Shown here: positions 11,340-23,094 of the stretch, in pieces
Position numbering within the stretch: position 1 is the stretch's first letter
Layout of the letters: each line of letters begins with the position of its first letter
NCBI GenBank assembly: GCA_002269645.1
Contig: NIVC01003538.1
Location: 1 to 61,303 of the forward strand
Direction: 5' to 3'
DNA length: 61,303 bases
Source of the DNA: Macrostomum lignano
Lineage: Eukaryota
Program-made: the position numbers and the translations under genes
The notes under the pieces: model-generated
Told to the model about the DNA's origin: nothing
The model's input: the letters and a program-made list of their open reading frames with translations, nothing else
Databases searched by the model: none

Positions 11340-11541
11340 TTATTGAAAACTGGGCTCGTGTTATTGCCTCTGCTTCACAAACAAAAATATATATTTCCCC
11401 TCTTAAGGCCCGTCAGTGGAGGTCCCACCTGCCCAACCCTGCCATCAGGGATGAAGGATCGGCGCCCCAAAGAGGCTCGAAGGAACCATTGCCCTGCTCT
11501 CAAAAGTGAGTCGTGGTTGTTGCAGGCACTGCTTTCCGGGC

Positions 11542-12423
11542 ATGGACCTCTACGCCGAGTTTGGTGTCAGCCCCTTCGCGACGGAGGAGGAGCTGCGACG
11601 TGCGTACCGCCGTGAGAGCCTGCGACGGCACCCCTACAAGTGTGGACCCGGTGGAACGGAGAATTTCCAGAGGCTGCAGCATGCGAGTGCGGTCCTGCTG
11701 TGTCCGTTTCGACGAGCGCTGTACGACCGGTTCGGGCAGGATGCCGTTAGCAACCCGCTCGAGTGCGCCCGGTATTTTGTCCCGCCGGATGGGATGTGCG
11801 TCCCGGAGGAGTTTGTCGTAACGATTGAAGACGAAACAGAAGAGTCAGACGAGGACAGGGAGTCGGGAGGAAGCGAGCGTGGTGGTTGCGGCGGCGAGGA
11901 GACTGCTCAGAGCTGCTGTGAAATCACGCAGTCAGAGGAAGAAGAGCTCTTGAATGAATTCGACGGCGAAACTTCGATGTCAGAAGACGAACCGGAGCTC
12001 GTCATCGACCAACGGGAGTCGCCAGCGTGGCTGATGAGGAGCGAGCCGAGTACCGAGGTGGAATACACCTGGAGCGGGGAGGCAACGCAGCGAAGAGCTC
12101 GAATCCGGTCGGAGCTTCGGCACGCTTTGTTGTCGGGGAGTCCAGCTGCGATGTTCCGGCTTTTGACTGAAATGGTGGGACTGTGCGGCAGCGAGCGGCT
12201 GGATCATCGACGCGAAATCGCCGAGCTTTTGGCTCAGACTGTCAAGTTCATTCTCCGTGACATCAGCGCCAAGTGTCGGGGTCATGCTCGGCGTGTCTGG
12301 CGGCGGCCTGCCTTCAAGCGAAGCACTCGGTTCGTCATGAGTGTTGCGATCCCTCAGTTTGAACTAATCGACGGAGGACGCGTGTTGGGGTTGTTGCGCC
12401 GGGCGGCGGAGGTGGCGGTCTAG
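11542..12423 (+). CDS. Retrotransposon ORF3: J-domain protein, copy B (293 aa, uninterrupted; HPD reads HPY)
   Basis: ATG 11542; J-domain, acidic tract, then a helical/basic C-terminal region; CAC CCC TAC versus CAC CCC GAC in copy A. Confidence 0.85.
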   Translation: MDLYAEFGVSPFATEEELRRAYRRESLRRHPYKCGPGGTENFQRLQHASAVLLCPFRRALYDRFGQDAVSNPLECARYFVPPDGMCVPEEFVVTIEDETEESDEDRESGGSERGGCGGEETAQSCCEITQSEEEELLNEFDGETSMSEDEPELVIDQRESPAWLMRSEPSTEVEYTWSGEATQRRARIRSELRHALLSGSPAAMFRLLTEMVGLCGSERLDHRREIAELLAQTVKFILRDISAKCRGHARRVWRRPAFKRSTRFVMSVAIPQFELIDGGRVLGLLRRAAEVAV

Positions 12424-12556
12424 GGGGTTCTGGGGCAGAATGCCAGGGCGGGCAAGAGACCTTCACTCCTTCATTTCATCCCATCTCTCCTCTGATCGTC
12501 GTTGTGATCCCTCTGTTTGGCACTGGGAGCGGCCCCGAAGGAAGGGCGGGGAACAC

Positions 12557-13040
12557 TCTCGGCCATGCCCGGCGCTCTCGGTCGTTGCCCGGCATTCTCG
12601 GCCGCTGCCCGGCATTCTCGGCCGCTGTCCGGCACTCTCGGCCATGCCCGGCGTTCTCGGTCGCTGCCCGGCATTCTCGGCCGCTGCCCGGCATTCTCGG
12701 CCGCTGTCCGGCACTCTCGGCCATGCCCGGCGTTCTCGGTCGCTGCCCGGCATTCTCGGCCGCTGCCCGGCATTCTCGGCCGCTGTCCGGCACTCTCGGC
12801 CATGCCCGGCGTTCTCGGTCGCTGCCCGGCATTCTCGGCCGCTGCCCGGCATTCTCGGCCGCTGTCCGGCATTCTCGGCCATGCCCGGCGTTTTCGGCCA
12901 CAGTCCGGCATTCTCGGCCGTGCCCGGTGTTCTCGGCCATGCCCGGCGTTTTCGGCCACAGTCCGGCATTCTCGGCCGTGCCCGGTGTTCTCGGCCTGTC
13001 CGACATCCTCGGCCCCTGTCCTGCGCTCTCGGCCGCTGCC
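12557..13040 (+). repeat. GC-rich ~20-bp minisatellite with a 79-bp higher-order repeat, copy B
   Basis: The same 20-mer recurs at 12601 and 12680. Confidence 0.9.
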
Positions 13041-13140
13041 TGACACTCTTGGTCTCTTTCATTCAGTTTCATTTCATTACATTTTTTTTTCATTTTCATT
13101 CAGTCAAAGCGCGTCGTTTTCTTTTTTTTAGGGGGGAGGG

Positions 13141-14102
13141 TGTTGTGACCTGTGTCACAGTGCTCCCTTGGTGCAAGTGCACTTTGATAGTTGTTGACTT
13201 TGGTAGTTGATTATTGTTACCCCCCCCCGGCTCAAGCCAGTCTGGAGCTATGAGCCCTTTGGCTGAGCCTCTGCTCTCTTTCTCTCTCTCTCTCGCCTTG
13301 GCTGTTTAGCCCTTTGGCTAGCCGTGCTGATTGGCTGGGCCTCTGCTCTCTCTCCCTCTCCCTGGCCGTGCGCGCTTCCACCCTCCCCTCGCCGCAGCCA
13401 ATCAGCTGTCAATCAGCTCCATTGTTTAAGCCCTTTCTCCCCCCCTTGTTTGCGCCCCTGCCCCTTTTTACTCGTTATTTAAGGCGACGCTCAGACCCCG
13501 CCCCTTTTCTCACCGTGCCTGCGCCCATTTGCGCCCACCGCGATAAATAAACGAACGTGACCAGCGATCAGCCGTAAAGACGGTCTCTTACTGCGAAGAC
13601 TCAATTTATTGCAATCGATCGGCCTTCCCGTGTATGAGTGCTATAATCGACCCGGCCCGGTAAGCTGTCGAGACAATTGCCTGTGTTCCTCGGGGTCGCT
13701 CTCCTGATCTCTCTCTCTCTCACTCTCTCCTCAGTCTGACTCACCAGGCTGTCGAGTGGCCGACCGCCCGCAGCCCTCTCTCTCTTCCTTGACTCACCAG
13801 GCTGTCGAGTGGCCGCCCGCCCACAGCCCTCTCTCTTTTCCTTGATTCACCAGGCTGTCGAGTGGCCGACCGCCCGCAGCCCTCTCTCTCTTCCTTGACT
13901 CACCAGGCTGTCGAGTGGCCGCCCGCCCACAGCCGCCCCTCCCCTCTCTCTCGACTTCTCAACCTTGACCTCCCCCCGAAGTGTCCGTACGCCTCGGGGT
14001 CGCCGATCGAGCTCGTAAGCCCTGGGCAGTCTAGTACCCGAACCCCGACACCGCTACCCGTCGCCCAACCCGGCCGTGCCAGCGAGGAAGGGGGATACAA
14101 CA
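13141..14102 (+). repeat. Gypsy 3' LTR (962 bp); PPT at 13130-13140
   Basis: TGTTGT...ACAACA; near-identical to 5255-6218; no PBS follows. Confidence 0.95.
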
Positions 14103-14758
14103 CCTGTGTAAAAATTAGTAATAATAAATAATAATAAAATGTCTATGGCCTTAAATTAGTTAAATTATCACTTGTGGAGCCAGGACTGGTTAAATGCTTT
14201 GGTTTAGTATACTTTAAGTGTCTTAGTCTGATTAAAAATAACAGTAAAATAAAACCCTCTCTCTAGCCGCCTTTATTATCGATTTTTTGCCTCGCCATCC
14301 GACCCCTAGCTATAACCCCTTCTAGGGACAGGATAATGTACATTGCAGACCCTATCGCAGTTTAAGGGTTGGTTGGGCCTGTCCTCTCTTCAATTTTAGT
14401 ATCACACCCTGCCAAGGCGCCAACCTCCTCCGGAGATAAGCTAGCCTGTACATCGATAACCCCTCCTCCCTCTTTTACAACCTCCCAAAGGCTCTCTTAA
14501 GTCCTGTTGGAACGAAATTAATCCCAAAGATTTTTTATAACTTGTCGCGATTTTATGAAATGAAGCCCAGTACCACCATGCTTGAGCAGAAGATGTTTTT
14601 CGAACAAGCACTACTTGTATGTACTTATCTGTCATCTATGTAATTCTTAAAGTAAACAGACGTATCTTACTTCTAAAAGTAATAAAGTACATGTAAGATT
14701 TTACGATGCGATTTTCTGTGTGTAATGTGAAATGACAAAGCCAAGGGATATAGTCTCA

Positions 14759-15687
14759 CCGAATGCAGTGGTTCGAGTACAGCTTGCTAAGCCGTGCTTT
14801 CTTGCTGACGTATCGCATAAAATTCTGCATATAATTTATACCCCGATTAATACTGGTAGAATAGCCTCTACCGTTGCGCGCCGGTTTAGGGAATAGCGAG
14901 TTGTCATTAGTAAATTCCGGCAATAGGTTGATGTATGACTTCAGCTGCTCTAAGCCCGTGTACATTCGCACCGACCCACAGGCATTCCTGCTGGTTCCGC
15001 CAGGTGTTAAATCTGTGTAGAAGCCTTCATCCTGCTCCAGAGTTGCGAATTCACGACCCTCTTCGTCGATAGAGAACACTAGGTGGTCGCGTCTTATTAG
15101 CTTTTGCTGGGCCTGTTGGTTATGCCTCTGCTGGTGCTGCGATGGGGTGCAGCCAAAATGGTAGAACAACGCGAATAGCGCTCCATCTTGTAGACGCTCC
15201 TCCATCGAGTAACCTCCGGCACTGCTGCCATTGAAATAGTCTTCAAGCAGTTGACGGTCAGCGTGCAGCATTGGCGCATAGTGTCGCACGGAGCTGCCAC
15301 TGGAGCTAGCATATTCCGAGCTCGCTGGCCCAACATCCGGTTGGAGGTCATGAACACCGGATTTCCGGGCAGGATTAGCGGTCGACCCAGCACCACATCG
15401 AAATAGCGCTGAATCCCAGCCCGGATGCAGATTAGCGACGACGGGGAATACAATTTATCTTGCTTCGTTCGCAACGTGAAATAGAAGAAGCGCAGGTACT
15501 CGTTGACGGCTCTCTCGTCGATTGTACGCAGATCAACTTTGGTATTTTTACTGTGAACAAACTGCACAAATCGGGTGCCGTGTTCTATCATCTGCTCTCG
15601 ACTGGAGGGTGCAACGGTGCTTAGTATTTCAGCGCTAACTCTAACGAGGTTCTCCGTTGCTCCTGTCTGCTGTTTTACAGAGGACAT
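14759..15687 (-). CDS. Crypton/DUF3504-like tyrosine-recombinase-fold protein (ZMYM/QRICH1/KCTD1-type), with a probable 1-bp frameshift at ~15317
   Basis: YLRFFYFTLRTKQDKLYSPSSLICIRAGIQRYF, FALFYHFG, IDEEGREF and SKLYSNHCIR resemble Crypton-derived domains; the two ORFs join as QRAR/EYASSSGSSVRHY; ends at CG|GTGAGA, a possible splice donor. Confidence 0.65.
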
Positions 15688-16374
15688 TTTCTAAAGTGAA
15701 GAATCGCTGTGTAAAACAAAACCTCTTGTTGACGGGCAGCTTAACTAAGTGAAGATTTCGATAGCTTTACTTGCTTGATATTGTGCGCAGGGCAGGGGGT
15801 GATATTGGGGGAGGGTCGGAGGGAGGATAGTCTATGGCCATGCCTGGTTTTTTGACACAAAATTTAACTTCGGGTGGTGGTTAGACCATAGATCTATGGG
15901 GCGTTTCTTAGCTTTCTGATCTTTTTTATCTCGCTTCGATTTCTTCCGCGACTGCTGAGGCGGTCACAATCTCTCTCGGGCGCTTTGTCTGCGGAACGTT
16001 GACCAAACATCTCGGTATAATGGATAAATAATCAGCGGTCCCAGTGCGTGATAACGATTGTCTGGCGAGCGCCGGTAGGCGCGAGCCATAGACAAATCGT
16101 TGTCACGTGCTGCGACCGCTGATTCTTTGCATTTTTTTCTGTTTGACGATCCTACAGACAATGCATTGTTTGTAGTAGTGGATTGTTCTGCATTAAAAAT
16201 GTGAATAATGATCGTCAAATTGCTAAACAATGGGAAAGTATACACATTTACCAGCTACGTTGATAGACGTTTAAAACGGTGGCGGACGTCTCACCGACGT
16301 CGGATTCCTGTAAGGGTGGCAGGCAAGATTTTGGCAGCATTTTGCCGCCAATATAAAGCGCTTATAGTTGCTAG

Positions 16375-16855
16375 CAGCGGTGTCGGAACATATTTCAAAG
16401 TGGGGGGGGCTATATATTGGTGGGAGGCCACATTGCTGCGATCTAAGGGCACCCTGGCCTACTCTCGCTGTTATGTCAGTTTGTGACATTGTTACAACCA
16501 GGCTAATTATATTCAATTCTGTTTTGAAAGTGGCCAAAAGAGACGCCAAAGTACAAGAGGCGACACGTACTGTACATTCTTTGCAGTTCTTACATATGTG
16601 CATTGATCTCTAAGGTGTGGATAGCAACGGTGCGGCCCTCTCGCTCTACCCTTATCTCCCAAGACCACAGACCATGCAATAAGTATAACTTAAGTATAAC
16701 CAATAAGTTATACCTATTGGTCTGCGCCCAAGACTCAGAAAAGCCAAGGCCCAACAAACCCTAACACTAACTTAAAATTAAAAAATGACACATGCAGGAT
16801 TATGCTAAAAGGTGGGGGCTCCCCCAGGCCCCCTTCCCAGGTTCCGACACCGTAT
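16375..16855. mobile_element. Putative non-autonomous DNA element (MITE-like)
   Basis: 12-bp inverted repeat CGGTGTCGGAAC (16378-16389) / GTTCCGACACCG (16841-16852) with inner G and C runs; no TSD seen. Confidence 0.35.
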
Positions 16856-17592
16856 CCCTTTGGGTACGGCACTGAATAAACGGCATTAAAATACTCGTGC
16901 ATCTGAAGCAATTATTGCCCAAGAGCACTTTACCGTTTAGCGAAGTACGTCATGATCGACGTAGGTAGTACATTAATACATGTACATATAACAGATTATA
17001 AAAAAGACGAAAATATTTGTATTGAGCTTAAATTAAATTATATACTCCCATTAAGCGAACAGTTGGCCGTGGCGGATCCAGGATGCTTTTAAAGTAGGGT
17101 GGGGCAAATTGGTCCAACTTTTTTGGAACCGTCACTTTCGTCAGTCAGTAGTGAATCAGTTTAACATCCCAAAATGAAATTTCTTTATTATACAAAATCA
17201 GCCGCGGATCCAGAAAATTTCAAACGGGGCACAGGATTTCTACATGTAGGTACATGTATGTAGCACATGACAATGTATATAACCCATAGAAAAAACTAAA
17301 ATAAACTCATAAAAACTGTCATGAATCAGACCTAGTCCATGGCCTAAATCAGCAACTGTATCAATTTATCAAATATACTTAATTAATGATTGTGAACCAT
17401 GGCGTGGAGTTAAACTGGGCCTATTACTGCAGACTGCAAGGTGATTAAAAATAATTTAACCGAATAATAATTGGTCATGTTCATGTAAAATCTGAGAATG
17501 AGATATTGTCGATAAATCAATACCTAATATATAGATTTAATTTAGATTTGTAAATGTTTAAAACAGTTTACGTCTAAAACCCGGAAAGAAAA

Positions 17593-17610
17593 GAAGTTTC
17601 TAGAAAGTTC
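17593..17610. promoter_or_regulatory. Heat-shock element, 4 perfect alternating units
   Basis: GAA-gt-TTC-ta-GAA-ag-TTC, followed within ~6 nt by TATTTAAA. Confidence 0.55.
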
Positions 17611-17632
17611 GTGGCTATTTAAATTGAAATAC

Positions 17633-19121
17633 TGTAAAATAATGAATTGCCGATACTAACACTTGAACTTTTAGCCGTCGAGAGTGCCAAGTCAGAGCGC
17701 GAACTCTTATTAACAATCGATGATTTATATTTATATTGGTTACTTATCAGTCATTAAAACAAAAGTTTCATTATAAAATTATCTTGCAAAATAACATAAA
17801 TTACATACAGTAAAAAGTACAGTGAGATAAATACAATATAAATACTATAATACCAATACAACCTAATAAGAGTAAATACGAAATTATTTACTTTTAAATT
17901 ACATACGCAGATATGTTACATTATCTTCCTCTTAGAAAAGACAATGTCCACATTGTCAAAAGTACAATTAACAAAAGAGTAGAATACAAAGTATAGAAAA
18001 TAACTATTAAATATACAGTACATGCTAAATTTTGAGCAAAAAAAAGATTGAACTCGCATTCCCAACAAGACATCGCAATGAGGTGACAGAACACATTTTA
18101 AAACAATGGTCTGGACCAAAAGAGAAGCTAGTTAACCAACACAAAAACCAGAACCCAACAGGGTTAGCAGAGCCCTGGGTTCTCCCCACCACAACCAGTG
18201 CAGAGCACAGCATGAATGAAGCAAAAAACACTTTTTTAATGAAAGGAATTGCCTGTGCACACTATTGTGATACACTGCCATTGGGTGAAACCTTACAAAA
18301 CACAGAAGAAAATACAGTACAACATTGAAAAATTATTTGAAAAGTAAAGTACATCATGGCAATTGCCAAAATACAGTATAAAGTACATATGAAGGAATTA
18401 CAGTAAGTATATAAATTAACAATTAAGTACAATTACATTAAAATCAATCAACAAAGCATAGGAATTGGAAAATGCAGCTTCCTGGTTCTGGACTTTAGAA
18501 CAGCATAATTACAAATTTAAAAACAAAATTTTGCTCTGAACTGGGTACACATCTACATTCTACAGCTAGTATTGTATTTGAACATAGATGCTTTTAAGAA
18601 AACAAATATAATATTCGAAATCACTCAGCGACTGACAGTATCTGCAGCACCTGTCCTTTGGCAGCATCTTCGGCACCTGTGATTTTGTTGGCCTGGCTGA
18701 CATACTGGTTGGCGTCGGCTAGCTGGACGCGCGCTGCATGCTGATGTGATTGGCTGCGTTGCTGTACATTTGCGGTCGATCAGAAGATTCAGCGGAGTCC
18801 TTCATGGAATCCGAGTTCTGGTGTGGTCGCCATTGTAACGAAATGAATCGCCGATACTAACACTTGAACTTTTAGCCGTCGAGAGTGCCAAGTCAGAGCG
18901 CGAACTCTTATTAACAATCGATGATTTATATTTATATTGGTTACTTATCAGTCATTAAAACAAAAGTTTCATTATAAAATTATCTTGCAAAATAACATAA
19001 ATTACATACAGTAAAAAGTACAGTGAGATAAATACAATATAAATACTATAATACCAATACAACCTAATAAGAGTAAATACGAAATTATTTACTTTTAAAT
19101 TACATACGCAGATATGTTACA
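17633..19121 (-). mobile_element. Non-autonomous LTR retroelement (TRIM-like, 1.49 kb)
   Basis: 288-bp LTRs at 17633-17920 and 18834-19121 (TGTAAC..GTTACA); minus-strand PBS TGGCGACCAC at 18832-18823 (tRNA-Arg-like); PPT AAGAGGAAGATAA at 17933-17921; 4-bp TSD ATAC; no coding capacity. Confidence 0.85.
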
Positions 19122-21318
19122 ATACACGAGTATGCCGATCTACCGGTCCGGTAGGTACGGTACCGACCTTAAAAATTACTGACGCTGCTATAACGCCGAT
19201 TCGCAACACAGCACAGAGTAGATCAGGCAAAGTATCTGCCAATATCAGCAGCTCTAGTTTGCTGGCCGTTCTTTAAAAACATGTTCATTGTAAACAGTAG
19301 GTAGAAGGTAGATGAATTTATGTCAAAAGTCATGGATGTGATCTTTGATGGATAGGCCTATTCATCAGACAGATGATAAGACCTGTCCATGTGACATGTC
19401 CATGGCGGCATGACCATGGACAGACTAGGCGCTAGGCCAAGGCCTACTAAAAATGTCAGGAGAGTCAGTCAGTCAGGATGCTATAGCATCTTTATTGCAC
19501 AAAAAACCTATTATATTATATAGGGGTTCTTGTTCTTGGCTCCCTGAAATCTTTTTTTAATCTTAGGCCTATTGTTTCTATTTGGCATTTGTTACTAATA
19601 CCATGGGCTTTTTTGTAGGGATATTATTTTTTCTAACTTTCTATTCTACCAATTATATAGTAGGCCTAAACAAGAATACAATCCACTTTAGTAACAATAA
19701 CAGGCAACAGCCATTTTGGGAACAGCCACTTCAGGAACAAAGTACAAAGCAGATTTAAGACTGTCAACACTTTATTTGTTTGCATTGCAATTATTATTTT
19801 ATATTATGTAACTTAGTATCGCTTCTTACATAGGTATAGGAATGTTTCAAAAAGTGGGGGGCCAGGTTCAATGGCAGATTTAGGGGGGGGGAGGTACATA
19901 CATAGGATGCATGCCCTCGTCAAGTTAGATTTTTTATATGGAAAATACACATGGCCAATTATTTTCAGAATCCATCATATTAGCATTCATTTTATTAAGT
20001 GCTACAGGCATTCATTTTGGCACCAAAGATACTCATTTTAATGTTATAGACCTATTCATTTCATTTCAACATTACAGGCACTTATTGTAGTGCTATAGAC
20101 ACTCATTTTAGCATTGCAAGCACTCCTTTTAGCACCACAGGCACGCATTTTAGTGTTGCATGTATTCATTTTGTTTTGGCATTGCAGACAAGGCATTATG
20201 TTTTGTCACCTTACAGCAAAGTGCATTTATGCAAAGTAGCAAAAGTCAAAAATAAGCAAAAAGTTTACATTTTACATTTATAATATGGAGGGCCAGGATA
20301 CCATTATTGGCCTTCCCATTTTAGGCCTAATAGTAATACTATAAGCTATAGTAGACTATAAGCTATAGTTATATTATAGATAAAAAAATATTATTGGTCT
20401 AAGCAAGTCTTATTCCTATGTTATAACATTATTCCAGGATATATTTAGGTATATCTACTTTATAATCTCTTTATTTACTCTATTTGTAGATCCAGAGGGG
20501 GAGAAGTAGGCCTAGGTCTTGGAGGGCAGCTGCCCTCACTTTTGCCATGCCATAGTTGAAATTATATATAATAAAGTGGGGAATACTGCAATTTAAATTA
20601 AAGTCTAAGGCTTTCTTGGACCAATCTATCCTTTCATTTAAAAATCCTAGATCTACCACTGATTTGCACATATTAGACCTTAAGGATTTCTTTTAATCTA
20701 GGCATTACTGGGATCAAAAGGGTAAAGGCTTATTTATAATTTACTCTTAGGTGATATTCTGTCTATTAAGTAAGTCTATTATTGACATTGTTTTATATCT
20801 AAATAAGATGATTTCTTTGATTATAAATTTAGAAATAATGTTAAGATAGATAGTAAATCTTATTAGGCTTAACTTTTTTATTTTTTTGGTATTTTAACTA
20901 ATTAAGTTCAATATTAAAATCATGACTTTTCTCTTCTTGACTTACTTGACTTAGCTATGGGGAAGTCCATCGACAGCATAGAATCAAGGGTTGTCTATTT
21001 TGTTAGCCTTTGAAGTGTGACGTTGCTAGTTTAAGGTGGTCCCACAAAAGGGCTGTTGGACTATAGTTCCCCTTGCAATTTCTCGTTTAAATTTCTCCAA
21101 TAGTTTATTTTAACATTTACTTGTAGTAGCGTGCAAATAATCTGTATCAATTGCTAATTCACTGTGTATTTGGTAGGCCTTGCATTCGTCTGTAAATTTT
21201 AGCACCATCGATAATTTCAAGTTCTCTTGCCAGCCAATGAAAACTCTCCGTGTTTTATGCTAACCCTTCTGCGCTCTTTATTAACCCCCACCTGATGGCA
21301 GGCTGGGGGCCTCCTCAT

Positions 21319-21395
21319 TTCTGGCTTTTGGCTCCTGCCTTCTGGCTTCTGGCTCCTGCCTTCTGGCTTCTGGCTCCTGCCTTCTGGCTTCTGGC
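21319..21395. repeat. 21-bp tandem repeat, ~3.5 copies
   Basis: TTCTGGCTTCTGGCTCCTGCC units. Confidence 0.85.
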
Positions 21396-23094
21396 TTCGG
21401 GTGTCTGGCTCTTGTTTTCCTTCTCTCTCTGCTGGCTGCCTCGAGCCTCCTTATCTCTCGCCATGGCTCCTCTGTCTAGGCCAGCCTGTTTACACACTGT
21501 ACTCCACTGTGTACTGCCACGGCTAATGCCACTCTCACTGCTACTTATCTGCCTGTTTACTTACTACTCACTACCTCCACTGTGCTCATTGCCATCACTC
21601 ACTATGTTGCATCGCCATTGTATCCTTTGCCTGCCACTCAACTTCATATCCTAATCACTTTCAAAACCATTGTTGCAGCCGCCAGTGCCCAGAACACTAT
21701 AAGTTTTGTATTGACATTAACCAGTCTAATATTGATCTCGACAATAAATTAGCTACAGCAGTTTCCTGCCCTTATACGCTAAGTACTCCGTTACACAATC
21801 TGCTTTGCAAGAATTGACTTCGATTCATTTTGGGACTACAACAACTTACAACAATTCTCGTCAATGGCCCTTTTAAGGGTCATAACCTCTACGCCAATAA
21901 CGTGACAGAAGGCTTAAAAATAGGCAAAAACATAGGTCTATTCAAAGTAGTCCATTAGTCTATCTTGCCAATGGTTTGATTTTCTCTATGGACTATATTC
22001 CACATTCTTAAATCTGTTACATAGTTTATTCCAAAGAAAATGACCCCTATGCTATAATTTTTTTGCAAAAAATATTGCAAATGATATATATATTTAAAAG
22101 TTAAATATTATACCAAATTTTATCTCATAACTTTTAGCTCCAAATTTTAAGCCTTTTAAACAAAAGAATCTTAAAGTGAATAAATATTAATTGTTGTATA
22201 GTGTATCCTGTTTTCTATTTATTTTTTTAGTATTATTTTTTTATTATAAAGTTTTTTTAGTATTGCCATTATGGCTATGCCATATATTGGCACAGTGGCA
22301 TGCAAATTTACCATAGTATAGCTATTATGCTATACTAGATAATAGATAAATATGCCAAGCATATTTTCAGGTCCACTATATCTTAAAAATTTTGTAGCAT
22401 ACATGTAAGATTTGCAAAACAGGGACTTATCTATGATTAATTTCAGAAAAAATAGCTTAATCAATTTCCATAAACTGTATACTATTGTCAATTCAATTAG
22501 AAATTTTACTACTATTGTGCATGTATCACATGGCTAAAAAATGCTACACATAAAAAGATATTTTATTTGAAAAAATGCTTCTTTTGCAAAGGTCAAATTA
22601 ACTTTTCCACTTAAAATGTATTTTTATAAGAATTTTGAAAAAAACTAAGTGACTAAATTCTGATTGTAATGATAGATTATTATTGTATCACAATAGACCT
22701 AAGCTTATCATTTATTGTTGATGAGTTTATTGGTTTATAGGCTATTTTATAGGTTAAAACATGTGTGCATGATTTGCCCTGATTTACACTGGCCATGCAA
22801 CTTACTTTTTGACCAAAATTGATTTACCTATGAAAGAAACCAATCAAATATGAAATCTTACCAATCATTTGTAAGTATTTGTTAAGTATATAACAAAGGC
22901 TAATAATATAATTTGTTATGTATCATTTTTTAGCCATTCAAAAGTGTTATGCTAAAAGTCAATCAGCTATACCAAATTGATAGTCAAGTTGCTTTTTCAA
23001 TTATGTTTTTTTGAAAATGTTATAAAATTCTAATTTGCCATTTCTTTCAATTTTCTATTCCATTAACTGATGCTGCTAATCTGCATTGCAATAG

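Larger units (their letters stand above)
5255..14102 (+). mobile_element. Ty3/Gypsy LTR retrotransposon, full-length tandem copy B (LTR-PBS-gag-pol-ORF3-PPT-LTR)
   Basis: Two ~963-bp LTRs, PBS, gag, PR-RT-RH-IN domain order and PPT; host sequence resumes at 14103 (CCTG...). Confidence 0.97.

Noticed and set aside
19137-19170. Palindrome CTACCGGTCCGGTAG as a possible Helitron 3' hairpin
   Set aside because: No CTRR terminus at the expected distance and no second copy to define an element.
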